DNA of 32,000 nucleotides from NCBI RefSeq assembly GCF_010723575.1, contig NZ_BLKZ01000001.1, forward strand, positions 1,165,416 through 1,197,415, read 5' to 3'. The stretch comes from Mycobacterium bourgelatii (GTDB lineage: Bacteria > Actinomycetota > Actinomycetes > Mycobacteriales > Mycobacteriaceae). A program made the position numbers and the translations under genes. Positions 1 through 7,511 of this stretch are shown piece by piece (positions within the stretch are counted from its first letter, which is position 1; the number at the start of each line of letters is the position of its first letter). Under the pieces are notes generated by a model that saw nothing but the letters and a program-made list of their open reading frames with translations, searched no databases and was not told the DNA's origin.

Positions 1-991
1 CCCCGTGCGGGGCCGACCAGAGTCCGTCGGCGTTTCCCTTGCCGCGCACGATGTACGAACGCGTACCCATCGACCCAGGGATGATGCCCAGCTTGCCCTC
101 GGTCGCGTCGATTGCGCCCTTGCGAGTCAGCCAGACAGCCTCACCGTCGATTTGCGTTGGGACCGTGTAGTTATGGTGCGTGTTGATTCGCTCCAACTCC
201 ACACGTTGCGCTTGCACACCGAGCCACTGAGCAAAGACGTGGACAAAGCGATCCATCATCTCGGCGCGGTTGAGGTAGGCGAAGCGCTGAGCCCACTCCA
301 AATCCTTGATGTAGCGGTCGAATTCGGGAGCGCCTTCCGTGAGAAACGCCAGGTCCCGGTTCGGCAGCTTGATCAAGGGGTCCTTTGTACATTGCTGCAG
401 GGCGATCTTGATGTGCCGCTGTGCGATTTTGTTGCCGACGCCGCGCGAGCCGCTGTGCAGGAACAACCAGACGTTGTCGTCGGTGTCCAAGCACAGTTCG
501 ATGAAGTGATTCCCGCCGCCCAATGATCCCAACTGCTCCATCCACTTTGGGCTGTGCGACAGGTCGACACCGAGGTCATCCTGCAGCTTGAACAGCTCGT
601 CGAGCTTTTTGGTGGTGAACGGAAACCGCCGAAGCGACTTGTTGTAGTTGCCCGGCGACAGCGGAATTGTCTCCTCGACCGCGCGTCGCAGCTGAGGCAA
701 CTTTGGCCGGTAGTCGCCGCCGAACTTCCCCGACAGATCGTCCTCGGTGAACCGCGTCTTTGCCGCGACCATGCCGCAGCCGATGTCCACCCCGACCGCC
801 GCGGGAATTACGGCGCCCTTGGTGGGGATGACGGTTCCGACGGCCGAGCCCTTGCCCAGGTGGGCGTCGGGCATGAGGGAGACGTGCGGGTGCACGAACG
901 GCATCGACGCGGTGGTCTTCGCCTGCGCGACGGTGTCGCCTTCGATTTCCGAAGCGAAGTTCAGCAGCTTGGTCCCGATGCGTTGTGACAT
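1..991 (-). CDS. rtcB: RNA ligase RtcB, N-terminal ~330 codons (the 3' end of the gene lies beyond the left window edge)
   Basis: Not in the supplied ORF track because no stop lies inside the window. My reverse-complement translation from the ATG at 991-989 reads MSQRIGTKLLNFASEIEGDTVAQAKTTASMPFVHPHVSLMPDAHLGKGSAVGTVIPTKGAVIPAAVGVDIGCGM...LGSLGGGNHFIELC...FLHSGSRGVGNKIA...IIPGSMGTRSYIVRGKG. These are the conserved RtcB blocks. The frame stays open to position 1. AAGGAG lies 6 nt upstream of the ATG. Confidence 0.9.
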   Translation of the reverse strand, partial: MSQRIGTKLLNFASEIEGDTVAQAKTTASMPFVHPHVSLMPDAHLGKGSAVGTVIPTKGAVIPAAVGVDIGCGMVAAKTRFTEDDLSGKFGGDYRPKLPQLRRAVEETIPLSPGNYNKSLRRFPFTTKKLDELFKLQDDLGVDLSHSPKWMEQLGSLGGGNHFIELCLDTDDNVWLFLHSGSRGVGNKIAQRHIKIALQQCTKDPLIKLPNRDLAFLTEGAPEFDRYIKDLEWAQRFAYLNRAEMMDRFVHVFAQWLGVQAQRVELERINTHHNYTVPTQIDGEAVWLTRKGAIDATEGKLGIIPGSMGTRSYIVRGKGNADGLWSAPHG

Positions 992-1181
992 GTCGATCTC
1001 CTTGAGCGCTGTTGCGAGGGGCTGGCGCCGAAGGGGTCCGTGGGCGACTAGCTGTCGGATGTTATCTATCTCCAATGTGCCGCGGCAACGGATTTTCGTC
1101 GAGGGCGGGACCGTCCATAAGCGCTGCTCAGAGCTCGATTTGGCCAGGTTAGCCCGCGTTCGGTAACCTTGCATTCACCGA

Positions 1182-1258
1182 CGCGGGGTGGAGCAGCTCG
1201 GTAGCTCGCTGGGCTCATAACCCAGAGGTCGCAGGTTCGAATCCTGTCCCCGCTACCA
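1182..1258 (+). tRNA. initiator tRNA-Met (tRNA-fMet, anticodon CAT), 77 nt with encoded CCA
   Basis: CGCGGGGTGGAGCAGCTCGGTAGCTCGCTGGGCTCATAACCCAGAGGTCGCAGGTTCGAATCCTGTCCCCGCTACCA folds as a cloverleaf. The 5' end matches my recollection of E. coli tRNA-fMet. Three consecutive G:C pairs (GGG/CCC) close the CTCATAA anticodon loop, and C1 is unpaired opposite T72; both are bacterial initiator hallmarks. The T-loop is GGTTCGAATCC. Confidence 0.95.
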
Positions 1259-1268
1259 GCGAGAATGG

Positions 1269-1299
1269 CCCTCAGGCGCAAGCCTGGGGGCTGTTTTCT
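1269..1299 (+). terminator. intrinsic terminator downstream of tRNA-fMet
   Basis: A 9-bp stem CCCTCAGGC / GCCTGGGGG (one G:T wobble) closes a GCAA tetraloop. It is followed by CTGTTTTCT and starts 11 nt after the tRNA CCA end. Confidence 0.55.
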
Positions 1300-1419
1300 A
1301 TCCGGTTGGGAACCGGCGCGGTCGTTCTCGAAAAGGTTCTAGTCAAACAGATTTGCCGGGGTGCCCACCGTGACGTCTGCTCATGCGCCGTCCGGATGCT
1401 TGCGGCCCCCGCAGCTGGG

Positions 1420-3078
1420 CTATCCGGGGTTACCGGGAGACCCGCTGACGCCGAAGACCGGCGCGTCGGTATCAGTCCGGACTCCGCCCTGGAATCCGCC
1501 AGTGCCGCTGTTATGGGGCGTGCCTGGTCCTCCGACCGACGTACTACCCATGCCGCCGCCGCCACCCGCTCCACCGGTCCCAGCGGACCCGGTGATGCCG
1601 CTCGAGCCCGAGAGGCCCAGGCCGAAGAGGCCTGCACCCGGCGTCCCCGCAGCGCCGCCAACCCCGCCGTGGCCGCCGTCGCCGCCGTTGCCCCCGTCAC
1701 CGCCGCTGCCGCCGCGGCCGGCATTGGCGTGAGCTGTGCCCCCGGTTACCCCGGCAGTGGCGTCGCCGCCGGTGCCTCCTGCGCCCCCAACGCCGCCGCC
1801 ACCGCCCTGCCCGCCGGCGCCACCAGCGCCCCCGTGTCCGGCAGCACCGCCGCTGCCGAACAACCCACCGCGACCACCGGCACCTCCAACACCCCCATCA
1901 CCACCCGTGCCGCCGATGCCGCCAACTCCGCCCGTGCCGCCGCGGCCGCCGTCTCCGCCGAGGGCTCCTGCGTTTACGGCGTTGGTAGCGGTGCCTTGAC
2001 CGCCGGTACCGCCGAGACCACCCGTCCCGCCGACGGCGCCGGCACCTCCTGCCCCTCCGACACCACCGACACCGCCGGCGCCTCCGTCGCCGAACAGCAG
2101 TCCGCCGGCGCCGCCGCTACCACCGGCGCCTCCGACACCGCCGGCACTACCGGCGGCCCCCGTGCCGCCGATGCCGCCAGCGCCGCCGGTGCCCCCTTCG
2201 GCGGCGGGGGTGGCGACGTTGGCGTAGGTACTGGAGCCGCCAGTGCCACCCGTGCCGCCGACCTGGCCCGCGCCAGCGGCGCCGTTGGCACCTGGGTCGC
2301 CCGAGCCGCCTGGAGCTTGGATCTCATTAGAGCCGTTGCCGCCTGCCGCGGCCTGCGATGTGCTGTTCGTGCCGGCAACCCCGGCCAGGCCCGCGCCGCC
2401 GGGGCCCCCGGCCCCGCCGCTGCCCCACAGCCCTGCGTCTCCACCCGCACCGCCAACGCCGGGGCCGAGGAGCAGCGTGGCAGCCCCACCGGCGCCGCCG
2501 GCGCCGCCGCTGCCATAGAGCATTCCGCCGGCTCCACCGCTGCCGCCGTTTGCACCGGCCCCGGCGCCACCGCCCGCGCCGCCATTGCCAAGCAATCCAG
2601 CGTTCCCGCCGCGGCCGCCGGCTACGCCAGCCGTTGTTTGCGTGTAGCCGGTGCCGCCGTTGCCGAGTAAGAGACCGCCGTCACCGCCGTTGGGATTCGC
2701 CGCGGTCCCGTTGGCCCCGTTACCGACCAACGGACGGCCGGTCGCCGCCAGGAAAGGCGAATTGATCGCATCGAGCGCACTCTGTAGCGGCGAGGCCGCG
2801 GCGGCCTCGGCGCCGGCATACGAGCCCGCACCAGCGGCTACCGCCTGCACGAACCGGTCATGAAACGCCATTGCCTGGGTGCTGAGCGATTGGTACTGCT
2901 GTCCGTAAGAGGAAAACAAGTTCGCGACAGCCGTCGACACCTCATCGGTCGCCGCCGCCATGATCCCGGTCGTGTGGGATGCCGCGGCTGCCCTGGTGGT
3001 ATTGATCGAGTCCGCGATCTTGGCCAAATCCCCGGCCGCCGCGCTCAAGGCCTCAGGTGCCGCGATTACGTATGACAT
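1420..3078 (-). CDS. PE_PGRS family protein (552 aa from the ATG at 3078; the track ORF starts 4 codons earlier at a TTG)
   Basis: The N-terminus [80 protein letters not shown] is a canonical PE domain. It is followed by the [11 protein letters not shown] linker and ~440 aa of GGAGG/GGNGG repeats. GGAGA lies 6 nt upstream of the ATG at 3078. Confidence 0.9.
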   Translation of the reverse strand: MSYVIAAPEALSAAAGDLAKIADSINTTRAAAASHTTGIMAAATDEVSTAVANLFSSYGQQYQSLSTQAMAFHDRFVQAVAAGAGSYAGAEAAAASPLQSALDAINSPFLAATGRPLVGNGANGTAANPNGGDGGLLLGNGGTGYTQTTAGVAGGRGGNAGLLGNGGAGGGAGAGANGGSGGAGGMLYGSGGAGGAGGAATLLLGPGVGGAGGDAGLWGSGGAGGPGGAGLAGVAGTNSTSQAAAGGNGSNEIQAPGGSGDPGANGAAGAGQVGGTGGTGGSSTYANVATPAAEGGTGGAGGIGGTGAAGSAGGVGGAGGSGGAGGLLFGDGGAGGVGGVGGAGGAGAVGGTGGLGGTGGQGTATNAVNAGALGGDGGRGGTGGVGGIGGTGGDGGVGGAGGRGGLFGSGGAAGHGGAGGAGGQGGGGGVGGAGGTGGDATAGVTGGTAHANAGRGGSGGDGGNGGDGGHGGVGGAAGTPGAGLFGLGLSGSSGITGSAGTGGAGGGGGMGSTSVGGPGTPHNSGTGGFQGGVRTDTDAPVFGVSGSPGNPG

Positions 3079-3341
3079 GAGTTTCTCCAACCGCGAAGAA
3101 CTGGTAATCGCAGCTCAGCGATGGCGAACGGTACCATGCAGCTAGCCGTCAGTATTTGGTTTTTGGCTAGCTAGTGCCCGGAAATCGGATTTGTTTACTT
3201 GTGTAGCGTGAAACGCTCGCTGACGGTGATTTCTGAAGCCCCCGCGGATTATTTTGGTAGTTGGTCACGGTTCGGCAGGAATCGTTGAACTGAGCAGCTA
3301 GGTCCCCGCGCGTGTGGCGCTGCGTCTGCCGACTCGCGGCC

Positions 3342-3500
3342 TTAGAAGCCCCCGCCGTCAGGGCCGGGGCCGCCGCCGTTGACGCCTAAGCCGCCTTTGC
3401 CGGCGCCCTCGACAGCGGCGTCGCCGTGCCTCCGCTGTTCAGTAGGGCGTTGCTTTCTGCGCCGCCCCCACCGGCCCCCGCCGACCGCACCACTGGCGCC
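3342..3500 (-). pseudogene. orphan PGRS-like coding relic (Gly-rich tail with no PE domain and a broken frame)
   Basis: One minus-strand frame ends ...VEGAGKGGLGVNGGGPGPDGGGF* with its stop at 3342-3344. A second minus frame just upstream reads ...SAGAGGGGAESNALLNSGGTA. No PE domain or plausible start is attached. Confidence 0.35.
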
Positions 3501-3573
3501 TGAGTCGTAGCGAAACCCGCAGTCTTCGCCGTATCGCGACAATTTCGTTTGTTGGCCCCTACTACGATCGCGG

Positions 3574-4527
3574 TTGATGACTGAAGGAGCTCCTGGACCC
3601 GCGTCGCCACAAGCACAGGCCGGCGGGATTGCCCCACTCGACGTCGACGGCTCCGGAGTCCTTCCCCCGGTCGCTGACAGAGTGCGCCGAACCTTTCGGC
3701 TGCTCGAATGGTTTGCGCCCTCTTTGGGATCGCGGTGGGCAGTCGAGTTGTGGTGCACCCCACCGGTACTCGAGTCGAGCCTGCGGATGCCGCCGGGTGT
3801 GGGCCCGGGCAGGCCGATAGAAGCGTATTGGGATGGGCATCGGGTCGCTGGCGAGGAATGGGGCGAGGGGCCGCCGATATACCTTGTCCACGGTTGGGGC
3901 GGCCAGCGGGCCCATCTGGCAGTGTTCGTCAAACCGCTGGTGGAGGCGGGGTATCGGGTCGTTGCGTTCGACTTGCCCAGCCACAACGAATCTGATCCCG
4001 GTGCGCTAGCCCCCGGGCGTACCACTTCCATCGAGTGTGCCGCCGCGATTGCGGCCATGATCGAGACCCATGGGCCTGCCCACGCGGTAGTCGCTCATTC
4101 ACTCGGCGCAAACGCGACCGCATTTGCGGCGGCACAGGGTGCACCCGTAGGGCGCTTGGTCTTATTGGCGCCCATGGGCGAATTTCCCCTCTATCTCGAC
4201 CTATTCGCCGCACGCCACGGCTTCGGTCGCCGGATCCGCGCGGGCCTGCAGCGGCGTCTGGAAAGACGAATCGGCATGCCGCTACACGAGACGAACATGA
4301 CGCGGATCGGTCAACGAGCCAACTACCCGCCACTGCTCCTGATCCACGACCCCGACGACCCGGATAGCCCCTATGCCGCCAGCGAGCGACTGGCCACGGC
4401 ATGGCCAGGCGCACGGCTAGTGACCACGCGAGGGCTCGGCCGATTAGCTCATTACCGAATCTTGCGCCACCGCCCCGCGATTCTCGCCGGGGTGGAATTC
4501 ATCGGCGTCCAAGCGGCTGAAAGTTGA
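3574..4527 (+). CDS. alpha/beta-fold hydrolase
   Basis: 317-aa ORF (TTG at 3574, ATG at 3577). It carries an HGWGG oxyanion-hole motif (IYLVHGWGG), a nucleophile elbow AHSLG, and a late acidic/His pair (HDPDDPDSP ... LAHY). Codon bias is typical of the high-GC host. Confidence 0.85.
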   Translation: MMTEGAPGPASPQAQAGGIAPLDVDGSGVLPPVADRVRRTFRLLEWFAPSLGSRWAVELWCTPPVLESSLRMPPGVGPGRPIEAYWDGHRVAGEEWGEGPPIYLVHGWGGQRAHLAVFVKPLVEAGYRVVAFDLPSHNESDPGALAPGRTTSIECAAAIAAMIETHGPAHAVVAHSLGANATAFAAAQGAPVGRLVLLAPMGEFPLYLDLFAARHGFGRRIRAGLQRRLERRIGMPLHETNMTRIGQRANYPPLLLIHDPDDPDSPYAASERLATAWPGARLVTTRGLGRLAHYRILRHRPAILAGVEFIGVQAAES

Positions 4528-4760
4528 TCACAGGCAGCGATCATCTGGCGACCATGACGCCCAACCCATGGTGCGGAAACACTTTGGCGGCCGCATCCGA
4601 GTTACGTTAGCGGTAGCGCTGCCCGCCCACCGCTGACCTGCGCAAATGAGATCTCACGGCAGTCCGAAACCCACCGGCGGTCGGGCCATGGGGTACCGGA
4701 ACGTCACCCGATCGTGCAGCAGACCCGGAGCCGTCCAGAGGACGGAAGCGACAACACAAC

Positions 4761-4785
4761 GTTTCGTTTCTTGGCCAAAAGGGTA
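4761..4785 (+). promoter_or_regulatory. candidate SigF/SigB-type promoter (GTTT-N16-GGGTA) upstream of the SigF-like gene
   Basis: GTTT at 4761-4764 and GGGTA at 4781-4785 are separated by 16 nt, ending 71 nt upstream of the ATG at 4857. This matches the mycobacterial SigF / Bacillus SigB-type consensus as I recall it (GTTT-N15-17-GGGTA[T]). Confidence 0.4.
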
Positions 4786-4856
4786 GATAGGTCAGGTCGA
4801 GTTCAGATCAGAGCCCGCGCAGAAAATGTCTTGCGGACGAGGATTTGAGGATTGAT

Positions 4857-5639
4857 ATGACGTTGACCGGCGAGTACGCAGACGTCGCCGAAATGTTTCG
4901 CCGTCTGAACGAGTTGCCGCCAGAGTCTGTCGCGTATCGCCAGCAGCGAGATCTGATTGTGCAGCGGTGCTTACCGTTAGCCGACCACATCGCCAGTCGC
5001 TACCGAGGACGGGGCGAGTCCCTCGATGATCTCGTACAGGTAGCCCGGGTAGGTCTGATCAACGCGGTCAACCGTTTCGACATCGACAACGGCGCAGACT
5101 TTCTAGCATTCGCGGTTCCAACGATCACGGGCGAAGTTCGTCGCCACTTCCGCGACCACGGATGGGCTGTGAAAGTGCCGCGACGGATCAAGGAACTTCA
5201 GTCGCAATTGAACACGGCGACAAACGATTTGACGCGGCAGCTGCAGCGAGCCCCCAACGCGTCAGAACTGGCCGAGCGCCTAGGTATCGACCGAGCGGTG
5301 GTAGTGGACGTGATGGTTGCGAACAGCAACTATTCGGTGCTATCCATGGATGCCCCACGAGGAGAAGGCGACGAGGGGGACTCGTTGAAAGACACAATGG
5401 GGTCTACCGATCCGAGCCTCGAAAAGATTTTAAGTGTTGAGACGGTGCGGCCCCTGATCGCTGCTTTGCCAGAGCGGGAGCGAATGGTCATCAAACTTCG
5501 CTTTTTCGACGAGATGACACAGACCGAAATCGCTGAACGAGTCGGGTGTTCGCAAATGCACGTCTCACGTCTACTTGCCCGCGCTCTGGACAAACTGCGT
5601 AGCGGCGCCCATCGGCCAGACCTGGCCGCGACGGGCTGA
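4857..5639 (+). CDS. group-3 sigma-70 family sigma factor, SigF-like paralog (260 aa from the ATG at 4857; the track ORF starts at TTG 4845)
   Basis: YADVAEMFRRL...QRDLIVQRCLPLADHIASRYRGRGESLDDLVQVARVGLINAVNRFD...FAVPTITGEVRRHFRDHGWAVKVPRRIKEL...LPERERMVIKLRFFDEMTQTEIAERVGCSQMHVSRLLARAL. Regions 2, 3 and 4 are present, and the sequence is closely similar to my recollection of M. tuberculosis SigF. GAGGA lies 5 nt upstream of the ATG at 4857. Confidence 0.9.
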   Translation: MTLTGEYADVAEMFRRLNELPPESVAYRQQRDLIVQRCLPLADHIASRYRGRGESLDDLVQVARVGLINAVNRFDIDNGADFLAFAVPTITGEVRRHFRDHGWAVKVPRRIKELQSQLNTATNDLTRQLQRAPNASELAERLGIDRAVVVDVMVANSNYSVLSMDAPRGEGDEGDSLKDTMGSTDPSLEKILSVETVRPLIAALPERERMVIKLRFFDEMTQTEIAERVGCSQMHVSRLLARALDKLRSGAHRPDLAATG

Positions 5640-5725
5640 CAAGCTCGCCCAACGATCGACGAGTCTCGCCAAGACATGACGGCGTGGGCTCGGTGATCGC
5701 GCTCAGCAAGCGTCGACTTCGCCTA

Positions 5726-5747
5726 CTTGAGTAGTCGATTACTCAAG
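5726..5747. repeat. 22-bp near-perfect palindrome CTTGAGTA-GTCGAT-TACTCAAG
   Basis: The 8-bp arms are exact reverse complements around a 6-nt centre. It lies 87 nt downstream of the sigma-factor stop and 44 nt left of the IS end. No T-tract follows it. Confidence 0.5.
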
Positions 5748-5790
5748 CCAACCGTGCCGATTCGAGCGACGCTAACGCAATTCCTGTTAG

Positions 5791-7474
5791 CCCGGATTTT
5801 TCGTGAAACGTTGTGAGTTTCGGGGTGTAGATATGCGAAAGTGCCTGTCCTGCAAGGAATAATTGGACTTCTCTACGGGTTCAGTCGTTCCAGCGGGAAG
5901 GCACCTCGCAGGTGAAGAATATCGCGGTCGGGTCGCGGGTGAAAGTTTCCGCCGACGGTTATGGTGTCGTGTCGCATGCCGGGATGGCCATGGTGCGTGA
6001 GCTCGCGGACCGCAGCGGGTTATCGGCGCAGGTCACCGCCGCGTTGGCAGATACCTACCGGGGCCCGTGGGTGTATGCGCCCGGGGAGGTGTTCGCTGAT
6101 CTGGCTGCCGCGGTCGCCGATGGGGCGGACTGCATCGACGCGGTCGGACAACTGTGCGGCGACCGTGAGCATGTCCTGGGTGCCAAAGCCTCCACGACCA
6201 CGATGTGGCGGCTAATCGATGAGCGCATCGATGCTTCGCACCTACCGCGGGTGCGTGCCGCCCGGGCTGCGGCCCGCGCAGCGGCCTGGCCGCCGGCGCC
6301 GCCCCGCACCGGGTGGCTGGTTGCACATCGACATCGACGCCACCCTGGTCCTCGATCATTCCGATAACAAGGAGAAGGCAGGGCGACCTGGAAAAGACCT
6401 ACGGTCACCACCCGCTGCTGGCCTTCGTGGACCGCCCCGAGATCGCCGGCGGGGAAGCGCTGGCGGCCTACTGCGCCCCGGTGGCGCGGGCTCCAACACC
6501 GCAGCTGACCACGTCAGTGTCCTAGCGCAGGCACTGGCGGCCTGCGGCGCGATGGCGGCCGGACCCCGATCATCGCGACGACCCCGACAAGCCGGCGGTG
6601 CTGGTGCGCTGCGACACCGCCGGGGCCACCCACGACTTCGCCGACGCCTGCCGCGCCGCGGGCGGGGTTCTCCTTCGGCTACCCCGTGGATTGGCGGGTG
6701 CAGGACGCTGTGGACACTCTCAACATCGGGCAGTGCTGGTATCCGGCGATCGACACCGACGGTGGTATCCGCGAGGGCGCCTGGGTCGCCGAGGCCACCA
6801 ACCTGGTCAACCTGTCATCGTGGCGGCGGGGACCCGGCTGATCCTGCGCAAGGAAAGGCCCCATCCGGGTGCGCAGTTGCGGTTCACCGACGCCGACGGG
6901 ATGCGGGTCACCGCGTTCATCACCGACACACCGCCCGGTGTGGTCGCCGGCCAGGTGGCAGGTCTGGAACTACGCCACCGCCAACACGCCCGCGTCGAAG
7001 ACCGCATCCGCGAACTCAAAGCCACCGGCCTGCGCAACCTGCCGTGTCAGGCATTCGACGCCAACGCCGCCTGGCTGGAAATCGTCTTGGCCGCAGCCGA
7101 TCTGGTCACCTGGTGCCAGCTCATCGGATTCACCGGCCACCCGGCCTGACCCGTGCCGAGATCGCTACCTTCCGCTACCGAGTCCTGCACGTCGCAGCCC
7201 GCATCACCCGCGGCGCCCGCCGAACCCGACTACGCATCGACGCCACCTGGCGATGGGCCGCAGCCATCGCCACCGCATGGCAACACATCCGCACCGCCTT
7301 CGGTTGACCGACAACCCAGCTGACCAACCGAGCACGAAAGACCACCGGCCCTGGGAAAGCCCGCCAACCCGGCGACACGGGACAACCCCAACACGCCCTA
7401 AACCACACAAACCCCAGACACCACGCACCCCATCGCCAAGTCCGACCGAAATCACCCTCGACGAAAAATCGAGG
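5791..7474 (+). mobile_element. IS1380-family insertion sequence (~1.68 kb) with terminal inverted repeats and a 4-bp target duplication
   Basis: The left end is CCCGGATTTTTCGT (5791-5804). The reverse complement of the right end is CCTCGATTTTTCGT (7474-7461), a 12/14 match. Both ends also share an internal TGA(G)TTTCGG block. TTAG flanks the element on both sides (5787-5790 and 7475-7478). CC termini, size and a 4-bp duplication fit what I recall of the IS1380 family. An alternative boundary reading is a 9-nt flanking repeat GTTAGCCCG (5786-5794 / 7474-7482). Confidence 0.7.
5912..7307 (+). pseudogene. IS1380-family DDE transposase, disrupted by at least 7 frameshifts
   Basis: Recognisable transposase segments switch frame in the order 2>0>1>0>1>2>1>0. 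(1) MKNIAVGSRVKVSADGYGVVSHAGMAMVRELADRSGLSAQV...RAARAAARAAAW. (2) LHIDIDATLVLDHSDNKEKA. (3) KTYGHHPLLAFVDRPEIAGGEALAAY. (4) LRPGGAGSNTAADHVSVLAQALAA. (5) DDPDKPAVLVRCDTAGATHDFADACRAAG. (6) FSFGYPVDWRVQDAVDTLNIGQCWYPAIDTDGGIREGAWVAEATNLVNLSSW. (7) TRLILRKERPHPGAQLRFTDADGMRVTAFITDTP...RHRQHARVEDRIRELKATGLRNLPCQAFDANAAWLEIVLAAADLVTWCQL. (8) TRAEIATFRYRVLHVAARITRGARRTRLRIDATWRWAAAIATAWQHI. Confidence 0.75.
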
Positions 7475-7511
7475 TTAGCCCGCGTTGGCTTCGCACAGTG
7501 AGGACGGTGGA

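Noticed and set aside
5-988. Plus-strand track ORFs 5-526 (173 aa) and 554-988 (144 aa), and minus ORFs 171-545 and 373-579
   Set aside because: They overlap the clearly recognisable minus-strand rtcB frame, which the track omits because its stop is off-window. Their Arg/Val/Asp-rich sequences have no family resemblance. They are shadow ORFs.
1146-1160. 15-nt exact repeat AGGTTAGCCCGCGTT, present upstream of tRNA-fMet (1146-1160) and again at the IS right junction upstream of the PE gene (7472-7486)
   Set aside because: About 0.5-1 chance 15-mer matches are expected in 32 kb, and more with the GC bias. The flanks do not extend the similarity convincingly. I treat it as coincidence unless a genome-wide search shows many copies.
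1140-1169. Possible sigma-A promoter for tRNA-fMet (TTGGCC-N18-TAACCT)
   Set aside because: The hexamers are weak matches, and I cannot distinguish them from chance in a 190-bp divergent region without TSS data. I did not report it as a feature.
1306-2670. 454-aa Ala-rich plus-strand ORF, with Pro-rich and Arg-rich ORFs, across 1300-3100
   Set aside because: These are antisense or alternate-frame translations of the GGX-repeat PE_PGRS gene. GGC/GGT repeats read as GCC (Ala) or CCG (Pro) on the other strand. They have no PE or other domain.
3342-4058. 238-aa minus-strand ORF as an intact gene
   Set aside because: Its 5' two-thirds run antisense through the well-supported alpha/beta hydrolase. 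Only the last ~50 codons look PGRS-like, and I report those separately as a relic.
6219-7307. 362-aa plus-strand ORF as the intact transposase
   Set aside because: Most of it is an Arg/Pro-rich out-of-frame read. Only short segments at three places match transposase sequence, and the remaining homologous segments lie in the other two frames.
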